Assembly (NCBI GenBank): GCA_038227875.1
Contig: JBBRPR010000018.1
Location: forward strand, 1-64,000
DNA from: Planctomycetota bacterium
GTDB lineage: Bacteria > Planctomycetota > SZUA-567 > H5-PLA8
Reading direction: 5' to 3'
DNA length: 64,000 nucleotides
Shown here: positions 1 to 8,672 of the stretch, in pieces
Position numbering within the stretch: position 1 is the stretch's first letter
How the letters are laid out: each line of letters begins with the position of its first letter
Position numbers and translations under genes: made by a program
The notes under the pieces: model-generated
What the model was told of the DNA's origin: nothing
Databases searched by the model: none
Seen by the model: the letters and a program-made list of their open reading frames with translations, nothing else

Positions 1-117
1 ACTGGATTGTAAACCGCGTCTGTCCTGTAGACAAAGCGGTCAGTACGAAGCGAGCCCCTTGACGAGGCCGTGAAAGGAAGGTACGTTTCGGTTTCGGCTA
101 CGGACGTTCAACCAATT

Positions 118-465
118 TCAACAACGGATGGGACATCCGCCTGGACCGGTTGTGCCCATGCATACGCCTAGCCTACCGGTGTACTTGGCGTAACCACTGG
201 CCATAAACGCCGCGGCCTCTTCGTGCCGGGTCGTTATCAGGCGGATCTTGTCTTTGCGTTTGCGCAGCGCTTCGGTGATATGATTTACGCCGTCGCCGAT
301 GACCGTAAAGACTAGCGAAACATCCCATGCGACGAGTTTATCCACGAGCACATCGGCGGTATTCATGCCGGATTTCTCCTTAGCGGTCTTCACTTCCGGG
401 GCATTCGCGGGCGCATCGGCACCATGGGCCGGGTCCGTGAACAAATTGGCTTTCGTTTTTTCCAT
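118..465 (-). pseudogene. N-terminal fragment of a TPP-dependent enzyme (pyruvate oxidase/PoxB-like)
   Basis: TADVLVDKL..W..GDGVN..EAL..TRHEEAAAFMASGYAKYTGRLGVCMGTTGPG is the TPP_enzyme_N signature; the frame breaks right after GPGG and only degenerate traces (V-L...T-G-Q-T) continue toward position 1. Confidence 0.75.
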
Positions 466-716
466 TAACAAGCTCCGCAGGGCCTTTCGAGCCGCCGCAA
501 ACCTATGGCCATGAATTGCCCTTGGAGCGACACTATAAATAGTGCGCACGGCACCTGTTTTTATTGAAACATCAAACGAAAACGATCCATGGACTATCGG
601 ATTTCGATGGGCCATCGAAATGCTACCCTCTCTCTCTGCCGGCTTGGAAATAACCTTGGCTTAACGGTTGCTTATGTTTGCCGGTCGGCGTCTTGCATAC
701 TCAAAAGAAAGTCATC

Positions 717-851
717 ATGAAATTGAGACAGGGAAGTTTTTACTGGCCTTTCAGGAATAGAGAATTCGATCGGCGGCTACTTCAGCGCCTGATTGAAGAT
801 CTGCTCGCCGATGTGGTCGTGATTGGCGGTGGGATCAGCGGCGGTTCTTGA
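717..851 (+). pseudogene. 44-aa N-terminal stub of an FAD-dependent oxidoreductase (DAO/PuuB-like)
   Basis: Read manually: MKLRQGSFYWPFRNREFDRRLLQRLIEDLLADVVVIGGGISGGS*; DVVVIGGGISG is the Rossmann GxGxxG motif and the ORF stops immediately after it. Confidence 0.7.
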
Positions 852-1804
852 AATTCTGGCGTAAGGAACTCAACTTGGTCTACATCGCAGATCTCAATAA
901 CGTCTTTCCCCGCGTGGAACAAGTCCTCAGGAAGCTCTCTGCGGTCAGCCTCGCCGGAAAGAAGACGCCAAAAGGAAAGCCGATCGCACCTCGTCCGCTC
1001 TCGGGCACGACGGTTAATCGTTACCTGGAAGCGCTCGCGGCGTTCTGTGACTGGTGTTCCAATGCAAATCGCCGCTACTTAGACGTCGATCCTCTTAAAG
1101 GGATCGAAAAATTTGAACAGCCGAGCGAATCGCCGCGACGCGCAATCACGCCGGCGGAAATCCAACTGTTGCTTGAAAAGTGCTACCCCCCTCGACGGAT
1201 TGTGTATGAGATGGCCTTGGTCAGTGGCCTCCGAGCAAATGAGTTGCGATCGTTGTGTGTGAAGCATCTGGATACCGAACGCGGCGGTATCATTCTGGAC
1301 GCGCTCTTTACTGAATCGAAAAAAGATGCCTCGTTTACGAAGTCTCGCAAGGGCGGGTTTCAGCCCTTGCCGTCTTGGATCGTAGACAAGCTGGCGGCGA
1401 TGGCGGAGGAGAAAGAACCAAACGACACGCTTCTACAGGTGCCACTCCACCCCCACCGGCCGTTCCAGCACGACCTGAAGCGGGCTGGCATTCCTAAGTG
1501 GGCGCCGGGCGGCAAGCTCGATTTCCACGCGCTGCGCACTGGCTTCACCACACTCGTGTTTGAAGCCGGCGCCAACCCGAAGGAAGCGCAGAAGCTGGCT
1601 CGGCACGCCACACCGGAGTTGACGATGCGCATCTACGCCCGGGCTCGAGATCCACGCCTGGCCGAACTGGTGAATACCGTTGGCGACGTGATCAACCCGG
1701 AACGGACTGCGGAGCAGCGTATCGCCGTCGGTGCCGAAGGCCAAGAAGGCCCTGTAGGGCCTTCGCCGAGCCAAAACGTGCACGAGCTATACAGCGGTCG
1801 CTAG
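848..1804 (+). CDS. Tyrosine recombinase/integrase, probably N-terminally truncated
   Basis: SGLRANEL (R), FHALR (HxxR), ARH..PELTMRIY (H,Y); TTG start without RBS, directly fused to the oxidoreductase stub; convergent on tRNA 3' end. Confidence 0.88.
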   Translation: MKFWRKELNLVYIADLNNVFPRVEQVLRKLSAVSLAGKKTPKGKPIAPRPLSGTTVNRYLEALAAFCDWCSNANRRYLDVDPLKGIEKFEQPSESPRRAITPAEIQLLLEKCYPPRRIVYEMALVSGLRANELRSLCVKHLDTERGGIILDALFTESKKDASFTKSRKGGFQPLPSWIVDKLAAMAEEKEPNDTLLQVPLHPHRPFQHDLKRAGIPKWAPGGKLDFHALRTGFTTLVFEAGANPKEAQKLARHATPELTMRIYARARDPRLAELVNTVGDVINPERTAEQRIAVGAEGQEGPVGPSPSQNVHELYSGR

Positions 1805-1825
1805 CACACCTATGAAAAAAGGCAA

Positions 1826-1899
1826 TATACCCGGGGGGATTCGAACCTCCGACCTCAGCCTTCGCAGGGCTGCGCTCTATCCAGCTGAGCTACGGGTAC
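1826..1899 (-). tRNA. tRNA-Arg (anticodon GCG), CCA not encoded
   Basis: GTACCCG-TA-GCTC AGCTGGATA GAGC-G-CAGCC CTGCGAA GGCTG-AGGTC-GGAGG TTCGAAT CCCCC-CGGGTAT-A cloverleaf; A20 arginine identity element present. Confidence 0.95.
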
Positions 1900-2109
1900 A
1901 AACTGAACTTCCGAAGTAGATTAGCCATACCGCCCGCGTTTTCAATCTCAAATGCGAAATCGGCCCGCTTCGCCTCAACAATCCTTCCGTCCAGCGCAAT
2001 CAAATCGTCATTACTGTCGGGCGCATCAAGGGTACGCAGGGCGGAATAGACCTTTTTGCTTCGAACTGCTATCATACGGAGCAAGCCACTTATCAGGAGG
2101 CCGGCGCGC

Positions 2110-3669
2110 GTGCTCGACCCGCATTCGGATTTGTCCGAGAAGAAAAGTTGGGACCTCGACTTCGCTCAGGCGCTGGTTCAGGCTACCCCCACGTTCTTCG
2201 TCGCGTTGGCTCCCGACGGGCGCGTGCGACTGATGAACCGCGCGATGCTGGAAGCACTTGGTTATACGCTCCAGGAAGTCCTCGGCGCCGACTACATTCG
2301 AATGTTCGTGCCGCCGGAAGATCACCCCCTGCTCAATTCCATCTTTGCCCGCATCACCGTCGACCGCGCGCTGACGGTGAACGAAAATCAAGTCATTTCA
2401 AAATCTGGAGAGAAGCTGCTGGTCGAATGGCATGGGCGGCCAAGCTTCAAGGCCGACGGATCACTCGATTATTTCTTCGGCGTCGGCATCAACATCACCG
2501 AGCGCAAGGCGGCCGAAATCGCACTGAAACGCAGCGAAGAACTCAGCCGACGCATTCTTGAAAACGTCTCCGGCGGCATAGTGTTGGTCTCGTCAGCCGG
2601 CGCAATCCTCAAGGCCAACTCCGAAGCGCAGCGGTTCCTGGGTCTTAACTACGTCGAATTACAGCAACTGTACGTCTCCGATTTTTCCACCAAGACCGTG
2701 CGTGAGGACGGCTCTGCTTGCCCCATCGAGGAGTATCCCGTGTCGCTGGCGCTGAAGACCGGACAACCGCAGCCGCCAGTCACGATCGGCGTTCAAAAGC
2801 CAGACGGCAGCATCAACTGGGGAATTTTTTCCGCGGTCCCGCTGGCCGATCCGGTCACGGGAGAACCCTCCGGAGTCGTGGTGACCTTCGTCGACATCAC
2901 CCAGCGCAAGCGCGAAGAGCGCGAACGCCTGGCACTGGAACGCAAGCTGCTGGAGGCGCAGAAACTCGAAAGCCTCGGCATTCTCGCCGGCGGCATCGCG
3001 CACGATTTCAACAATCTGCTCGCGGCCATTCTCGGCAATGCCAATTTGCTCTCGATGCAACTGGCGGCCAATTCGCCACTGCGCCCCTATTTGAAAAGTA
3101 TCGAAGATTCCACTCAGACCGCCGCGCGGCTTTGCACGCAGATGCTCGCCTACTCCGGCCGCGGCCGCACGCTGGTGCAGGCGGTAAGTCTCAATGCCGT
3201 CATTGAAGAGATGATCAGCCTGCTGGCCATCTTTGTCGGTGAGCGCACTGAAATGAAGTTCGAGCTTTCGGAAACGCTGCCGCCGGTCGTCGCGGATTCC
3301 ACCCAACTGAGACAGGTGCTGCTCAACCTGGTGATGAACGCGTCGGAAGCCATCGGCGAGAATCCGGGATCGATCCGCATCTGCACCGGCGTGACCAGCG
3401 CGGACCGCGCTTACTTAAGCCAGTCGCACGCATCGCCGGAAATGCCAGCCGGTGAGTATGCCTATATCGATGTGATCGATTCCGGCTGCGGCATGGACGC
3501 GACGATGGTGCCGCGTATTTTCGATCCATTCTTCACTACAAAATTCAGTGGAAGGGGGTTGGGTCTGGCTGCGGTGCTTGGAATTGTGCGCAGTCACAAG
3601 GGCACGATCAAGGTTGACAGTCTGCCGGGCCGCGGATCCACGTTTCGCGTATTGCTGCCAGTGAAATAA
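2110..3669 (+). CDS. PAS-PAS sensor histidine kinase (CckA-like HisKA/HATPase, no receiver)
   Basis: Two PAS domains, H-box AGGIAHDFNNLL, N-box NLVMNA, DSGCGM, FDPFFTTK, GRGLGL; GTG 2110 preceded by AGGAGG. Confidence 0.9.
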   Translation: MLDPHSDLSEKKSWDLDFAQALVQATPTFFVALAPDGRVRLMNRAMLEALGYTLQEVLGADYIRMFVPPEDHPLLNSIFARITVDRALTVNENQVISKSGEKLLVEWHGRPSFKADGSLDYFFGVGINITERKAAEIALKRSEELSRRILENVSGGIVLVSSAGAILKANSEAQRFLGLNYVELQQLYVSDFSTKTVREDGSACPIEEYPVSLALKTGQPQPPVTIGVQKPDGSINWGIFSAVPLADPVTGEPSGVVVTFVDITQRKREERERLALERKLLEAQKLESLGILAGGIAHDFNNLLAAILGNANLLSMQLAANSPLRPYLKSIEDSTQTAARLCTQMLAYSGRGRTLVQAVSLNAVIEEMISLLAIFVGERTEMKFELSETLPPVVADSTQLRQVLLNLVMNASEAIGENPGSIRICTGVTSADRAYLSQSHASPEMPAGEYAYIDVIDSGCGMDATMVPRIFDPFFTTKFSGRGLGLAAVLGIVRSHKGTIKVDSLPGRGSTFRVLLPVK

Positions 3670-3696
3670 CGGTTCGTTCTTCAGACGAATGCGGCC

Positions 3697-4641
3697 TTAC
3701 TGATCCCAGTTATTCACGTCGTCGAGGTGGGCATTGGTCGTGCGGGCTTCGTTACAGGCTACGGTCATGGCGCCATTCATGCGCGCCGCGCCCAATTCAT
3801 CCGCGTTGTCGACAATTCCGTCGCCGTTGTTGTCGAGTCCATCGTAAGCGAGATTGACCGGCGAAGGAGCGTTGCCGACGCCCGTCAGGCGGTCCGGTCC
3901 GGCAGAGAAAAGATCGAACGAACCGGGGTTGTGTACGACGCGCCGCGCGTCCCCCACGTAGCCGATGGGCGTGCCCCACGGATCGGCGACGTAAAAGCTC
4001 GCACCTTTGACCGGATCCTGGTACGCAGTCAGTTCCGACGCGCTGAATTGAATGTACGGCCCAAAGGTTTTTCCGTTCTCCTGCGTTTGTTTGCTCAGGC
4101 AGCGCCAGAGCGAGCCGGCATCGTACGTTTTGCCGGCGCCCTGAGCTACACTGTCCGGCGCGAGTCCAAAACCCGTGTCGGGCGGAAGCTGATGATGGTC
4201 TGCAACATAGCGCCCGATGGCTTCGTGCAGGCGGCGGATCAGTGCGTGAGCCTCGGCGACGCGTTTGTTTTCCTGCGAACGTGCGGAGGCGATCCAGAGC
4301 ATCGCGGCGCAGAGCATCACCGCTGCCGCCGCGCCCACTTTATGCAGCGGTCTCCAGCGCAGGCTCAGCCGGAAACGCGCCGACGGCGTCAAATCAATCG
4401 CCACGGCTTTTTTCACTTCTGCGTCGATCACGGTGCGACGGTGCGACGCCAGACGCAACGGTTTTTCCTGCTTCAGCTCGGCGCTCAACATTGCACCAGC
4501 GGCCTGGATGTCTGCCACTTCGCGCTGCAGCGCCGGGTTACGCTGCAACTCCGCTTCGAATTCGTCTCGCTCAACGCCGTTCATTTCGCCCAATGCGTAG
4601 GCGGTAATGCGCGGATCGTCTTCGGAAATCGGAGTAGCCAT
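3697..4641 (-). CDS. Putative anti-sigma factor with C-terminal GspG/pseudopilin-like head
   Basis: N-term ITAYALGEM..ERDEFEAEL...P.LQREV anti-sigma pattern, one TM helix, then DPWGTP..Y...NPGSFDLFSAGPD...DDVNNW; 13 bp downstream of an ECF sigma. Confidence 0.7.
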   Translation of the reverse strand: MATPISEDDPRITAYALGEMNGVERDEFEAELQRNPALQREVADIQAAGAMLSAELKQEKPLRLASHRRTVIDAEVKKAVAIDLTPSARFRLSLRWRPLHKVGAAAAVMLCAAMLWIASARSQENKRVAEAHALIRRLHEAIGRYVADHHQLPPDTGFGLAPDSVAQGAGKTYDAGSLWRCLSKQTQENGKTFGPYIQFSASELTAYQDPVKGASFYVADPWGTPIGYVGDARRVVHNPGSFDLFSAGPDRLTGVGNAPSPVNLAYDGLDNNGDGIVDNADELGAARMNGAMTVACNEARTTNAHLDDVNNWDQ

Positions 4642-4654
4642 GGGAAAACCGTTC

Positions 4655-5191
4655 CTACTTTTGCGTGCCCAGTTCCTGAGACTGCCCGACCAGACGTTCG
4701 CGGATCTTTTTCAATCCGACATGGATCAGAAAACCGACATTGGTGACAGTGAGCTTGGTGACGTCACTGATTTCGCGATACGACAGTCCGTGCTGAAACT
4801 TCAAGCGGATCACCTCCTGCTGATTGACCGGCAGCGTCGCCAGCTCCTTCAGCACCTGGGAGACCGACTCCTGCCGTTCCAGCACCGCTTCCTGCAGGTT
4901 GGGTTCCGCTGGCGAGGGAATGTCTTCGGGGGATTTGTTCATGGATGTCATTCGCGATTGTTTTCGCCGTAGCTCCAACGCGTAATTGCGGCAGACGCTG
5001 AACAGCCAGACATTCAGATGACCTTCGATCGTGGCGCGATCCTGAGCGCACAGCCTCAGGAAAGTTTCCTGCACCACATCCTGCGCTTCCTCGGTGTGTC
5101 CGGTCATGCGGAGGGCATACAGCAGCAACGGTTCTTCGAAACGCGAAATGGTGGAGTTAATCCATTCCGCCCAAGCCTCGTCGCGAACCAT
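4655..5191 (-). CDS. ECF RNA polymerase sigma factor
   Basis: EAQDVVQETFLRL, WLFSVCRN, LP..QQEVIRLKF..GLSYREIS. Confidence 0.92.
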   Translation of the reverse strand: MVRDEAWAEWINSTISRFEEPLLLYALRMTGHTEEAQDVVQETFLRLCAQDRATIEGHLNVWLFSVCRNYALELRRKQSRMTSMNKSPEDIPSPAEPNLQEAVLERQESVSQVLKELATLPVNQQEVIRLKFQHGLSYREISDVTKLTVTNVGFLIHVGLKKIRERLVGQSQELGTQK

Positions 5192-5332
5192 GCTTGCCCC
5201 GTGGCTTTGGATCAGCCCCTAACGCTTAAAACGCGCCAGTCTGAGCTTTATTAGGCTGCACGCACATTATTTTTAATTTCGCTACCGGCACTCTCGATCA
5301 CAGCTAATTTGACGTGCCTTGCGGCGGATGCT

Positions 5333-5566
5333 TCAACTGTGCGCGCTGATAAACGTGACAAGATCATTCACCGTCACCATTTTCGCCGCATCCTCGTCGC
5401 CTATCTCGACCTTGAATTGTTCCTCCAGGTCCATCAATAATTGCAACCCTTTTGGAGAATCAATGCCCAGATCCGCCAGCAATTCAGATTCCGGCTTGAT
5501 CAGTGTCCGGTCTTTCTTCGAAACTTTGGCTATCACGTCGATCACCTGCGCTTGCTTGTCGCTCAT
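5333..5566 (-). CDS. Acyl carrier protein
   Basis: 77 aa, acidic, DLGIDS phosphopantetheine site, LEEQFKVEIGDEDA..TV.D. Confidence 0.85.
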   Translation of the reverse strand: MSDKQAQVIDVIAKVSKKDRTLIKPESELLADLGIDSPKGLQLLMDLEEQFKVEIGDEDAAKMVTVNDLVTFISAHS

Positions 5567-5694
5567 TGCGGTCCCTTCGGTTTTTCACGGTTTTTCGAAC
5601 GTGAGACCAATTCTAGTCCGGCCGTGAATAAAAGACAACGACCCCGGGCGGAGTCTTTGGCTGCTGCGCTGAGATGACGCGGGTTTGGGAATTG

Positions 5695-8541
5695 CTACTT
5701 CGCCGGCGTGAGCAGAATGATATCGCCTTCGAGCACGACCTTCAGCTCCGCGGCGCGCGCCAGCGCGTCGAGATACTGGCCGATCGAAAACTGCGAGACA
5801 TCCAGCGCCGCGATGGGCTTGCTGTGGTTCTGCTGCATGCCCGCCAGATCTACAAGCACCGTGTAGCGCAGTTGCGTGCCGATGCCCGACTGCCGCAGCA
5901 GACCCGCGAACGTCCCCGAGACCGCGCCGCTGCCATCGCCTTTAAACGGCTCGGCCAGATTCTTCTCGAGATTGCGACGCGACGCCGGCACCCAGGTTTG
6001 CAAATCAAGCTTTCGTTCGCCATTCTCCGCGGCCGGAGCCACGCCCAATTCCTGGTCGAAGGCCTGGAACAATTCCTGCGCCAGCTGCAGCTGTCGCTTG
6101 TCACCCACGAACACCAGGCGCCCGGCGACGGTCTTCATCTCCACAGTGGCGAAGGAGACTGGATAGAGCTGTGGCAGCAGGCGCGCGAAGGTTTCGGGCA
6201 ACTTCGCGGCCAGTTCGGCGCTGTGTTCGGCGCTTGGCGTGAGCGGCAGCACCTGTAGCGATGGGGCGCCGTAGCACTGCGCCGCATCGTCGATCACCAG
6301 CCCGTTGGTGCTGGGTCGGATGCCGCAGCCCTGCATCCATGCGCCCCATTCCAGCGCACGGCCCAGCGACAGATTGCGGACAGCCAGGGCCTGATGATTG
6401 AACGCCAGATTTTTCAGCCGTGATTCCACCGGCACGAACGGTTTGGCCAGTTCAATGAGTTGGTTGGTGTCGCGGATCGCCACCGACTGCAGCATATTCG
6501 TCAGCCCACTGGCGCCCCGCACCTGCTGGCTGCCGCGTTCGATTTCATTGAGCAGCGCGGTGACGTAAGCGTCGCCGAAAATTCCGGCGCGGTAATGGAG
6601 AATGGGCCCGTCGTTGGAGTCGGCCACCCATGTTCCCGCAAAGGCCGCGCGGCCCGTGAGCATCGGATCGACATCCCAGTAGCCGGGAAGTTCGGCGCTC
6701 GGCGGCATCCCCAGCGAGCGCGGCAACTGCGCGGGCATCGCCGATCGCAGGTTGAGCATCCACAACAAATTCTTGCTCCACGTTGGCGATTGCGGCAACC
6801 CCACCAGCACCGAGACCGGGGTGCTGCGGCGATCGAGCGTCGTCAGCGCCTCCAGCCGCGGCGCGGGCGCAACGTACAGGACATTGTCGTACCACGCGGC
6901 GCAGAGATGAGCCGCGCTCAGAATTGCATCGAGCCGCCGCGCGCCGTTTTGAAAGTGAGCCGGCCGGGCGGGATTATCCAGCGGCATGGCTGCCTCGACG
7001 TGATCGGAAATGATGGTCAGCGAACAAGCCCGTGCAACTTCGTCGAGCGCCGTGGTCACTGAGATCCGCGCGCCGGCACGTCCGTTACGCTCCCACGGAC
7101 TTTCCAGCGCCGCGCGGTATTCCGAAGGAATCGCGCCGCTCTCCGGCGGGCCGGGAAGTTCTTCCGGCGCGGCGAGGCGCAGACGGCCCTGGCCGTCCTG
7201 GTCGACTTCGAAACGCGCGCTGACATCGCGAGCCATCCACGCCAGCACGGATCGCACGGGCATCGCGTGGCGCACGGAAAAGGTCAATCTGTTGTCGCGA
7301 GCGATCAGCGGTCCGCGCGCCAGCTGCGCCAGTTCGGTGATCGCGCGCGGGCTGTTGATCTTCGCGGCCAGCGCATCGAGTCCTTCCGCCAGTGTCAGAC
7401 CGGAAAGCGACAGCGGCCCGACGCTCCGCTCCCAATCAAAAACCGTGTCGGGAACCGCGGGCGGCACAGTCAGCAACGGCGGAGGAGGCACGGGCAGAGT
7501 CCGGCCGCCCGGCGAAACCGGCACTTTCACGGGAGGCAGGGAAGTCAGCGCGACCGTGCCGTTGAAACCACCCGGCCCCAGCGCGATCTGTTCACCGTCG
7601 CGGAGTTGGTTCACCGCCGCACCGCACTGCACTTCCACGTGGCCTTCCTGGACCTGCACCACGGCTTCGCTGGTTCCGGCATTCTTGATGTCGAAGACCG
7701 TGCCGCGCACGCGGACGATACCGCTGTCGGCGATCCGCACTTCAAACAGTTCGTCGGGGCCTTTCGGCCGATTTTTTTGAACATCGAAATGCGCAGAGCC
7801 TGAACGAAGCGTGTAGACGTGGCGGTTGTCCGCCGCCAGCTCAGCGCCGTTGCTCAAGCTGACGCGTGCCAGGTGCGCGTCGCCAAAATTCAACCAGCAT
7901 TCAAAATCGGAATTCGGAATATCCGCGCTCAACACATCGCCCGGCGCGAGCAGACGCTCGTTGGCCAGCGTGTTGATTTTCTTGTCGCCTTCACGGACGT
8001 GCGCCTTGCCCGACAACTCCACGACCAGCGGCGCCTGATCCGCGTCGCGCTGACCCAGTCGGAAGCCCATTCGGAACGCCACGCCCAGCAACCCGAGACC
8101 AATGCACGCCGCCACGCCGATGACCGTCCGCCAGCGGTACGCCCAGCGCAACTTCGGCAGCCGCGACGTCACCCGCTCGAACTTCGACGTCCGCCGGCCC
8201 ACGTTCTCTCCCGCGGCCGACGGCATCTGCTCGATCTTCGGCTTGTAGTCCATGTTCGGCAGCGCGGCCATCACGCGCTGGTTGAAGTCCGGCCGTGTGT
8301 CGATGGGCGCAAACGTTTCCTTCAGGCGCACTTCCAACTGGCGGTGCCGCTGCAGATCCGCCTTGCAGCTAGCGCAGACGCGAATGTGCGTAAACAGCAG
8401 CGCCCGCTCAATATCCTTGAGTTCCCCGTCCTCGATCAACCGCTCCATCTGCCGCGCCGCCTGTTCACAGGTCATCACGTCCAACCCGCCGTTGGGCGGT
8501 GGAAGCGGACTAGTGGGGTCAGATGGCACGTTGTTACTCAC
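5695..8541 (-). CDS. Large anti-sigma factor: zf-HC + TM + FecR + STN/secretin-N-like repeats
   Basis: HIRVCASC zinc-finger, TM near aa 140-160, FecR motif (L..GSAHFDV...VRVRGTVF...V.V.EG.VEV), Pro linker, repeated STN-like segments; downstream of ECF sigma. Confidence 0.75.
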   Translation of the reverse strand: MSNNVPSDPTSPLPPPNGGLDVMTCEQAARQMERLIEDGELKDIERALLFTHIRVCASCKADLQRHRQLEVRLKETFAPIDTRPDFNQRVMAALPNMDYKPKIEQMPSAAGENVGRRTSKFERVTSRLPKLRWAYRWRTVIGVAACIGLGLLGVAFRMGFRLGQRDADQAPLVVELSGKAHVREGDKKINTLANERLLAPGDVLSADIPNSDFECWLNFGDAHLARVSLSNGAELAADNRHVYTLRSGSAHFDVQKNRPKGPDELFEVRIADSGIVRVRGTVFDIKNAGTSEAVVQVQEGHVEVQCGAAVNQLRDGEQIALGPGGFNGTVALTSLPPVKVPVSPGGRTLPVPPPPLLTVPPAVPDTVFDWERSVGPLSLSGLTLAEGLDALAAKINSPRAITELAQLARGPLIARDNRLTFSVRHAMPVRSVLAWMARDVSARFEVDQDGQGRLRLAAPEELPGPPESGAIPSEYRAALESPWERNGRAGARISVTTALDEVARACSLTIISDHVEAAMPLDNPARPAHFQNGARRLDAILSAAHLCAAWYDNVLYVAPAPRLEALTTLDRRSTPVSVLVGLPQSPTWSKNLLWMLNLRSAMPAQLPRSLGMPPSAELPGYWDVDPMLTGRAAFAGTWVADSNDGPILHYRAGIFGDAYVTALLNEIERGSQQVRGASGLTNMLQSVAIRDTNQLIELAKPFVPVESRLKNLAFNHQALAVRNLSLGRALEWGAWMQGCGIRPSTNGLVIDDAAQCYGAPSLQVLPLTPSAEHSAELAAKLPETFARLLPQLYPVSFATVEMKTVAGRLVFVGDKRQLQLAQELFQAFDQELGVAPAAENGERKLDLQTWVPASRRNLEKNLAEPFKGDGSGAVSGTFAGLLRQSGIGTQLRYTVLVDLAGMQQNHSKPIAALDVSQFSIGQYLDALARAAELKVVLEGDIILLTPAK

Positions 8542-8559
8542 GACAGATGTTGCTCCAAC

Positions 8560-8667
8560 AGTTTTGAGTTCTTAGTTTTGAGTGTTGAGTTACGTTTGAA
8601 ATACAACACTCACCACCTGCTCGAACTCTCCCTTTTTCAATCCCCTTCTGCAACCCAACTCAAAACT
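8560..8667. repeat. Heptamer-arm inverted repeat (AGTTTTG units / AACTCAAAACT)
   Basis: AGTTTTG AGTTCTT AGTTTTG AGTGTTG AGT on the left; complementary CAACACTCA (8604) and AACTCAAAACT (8657-8667). Confidence 0.7.
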
Positions 8668-8672
8668 ACTGC

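Larger units (their letters stand above)
1..1845. mobile_element. Right end of a decayed integrative element/genomic island inserted at tRNA-Arg
   Basis: Integrase next to tRNA 3' end, gene fragments, more AT-rich 500-850; left boundary lies outside the window. Confidence 0.65.

Noticed and set aside
3727..4746. 339-aa plus-strand ORF
   Set aside because: Antisense to the anti-sigma/sigma pair; no recognisable features
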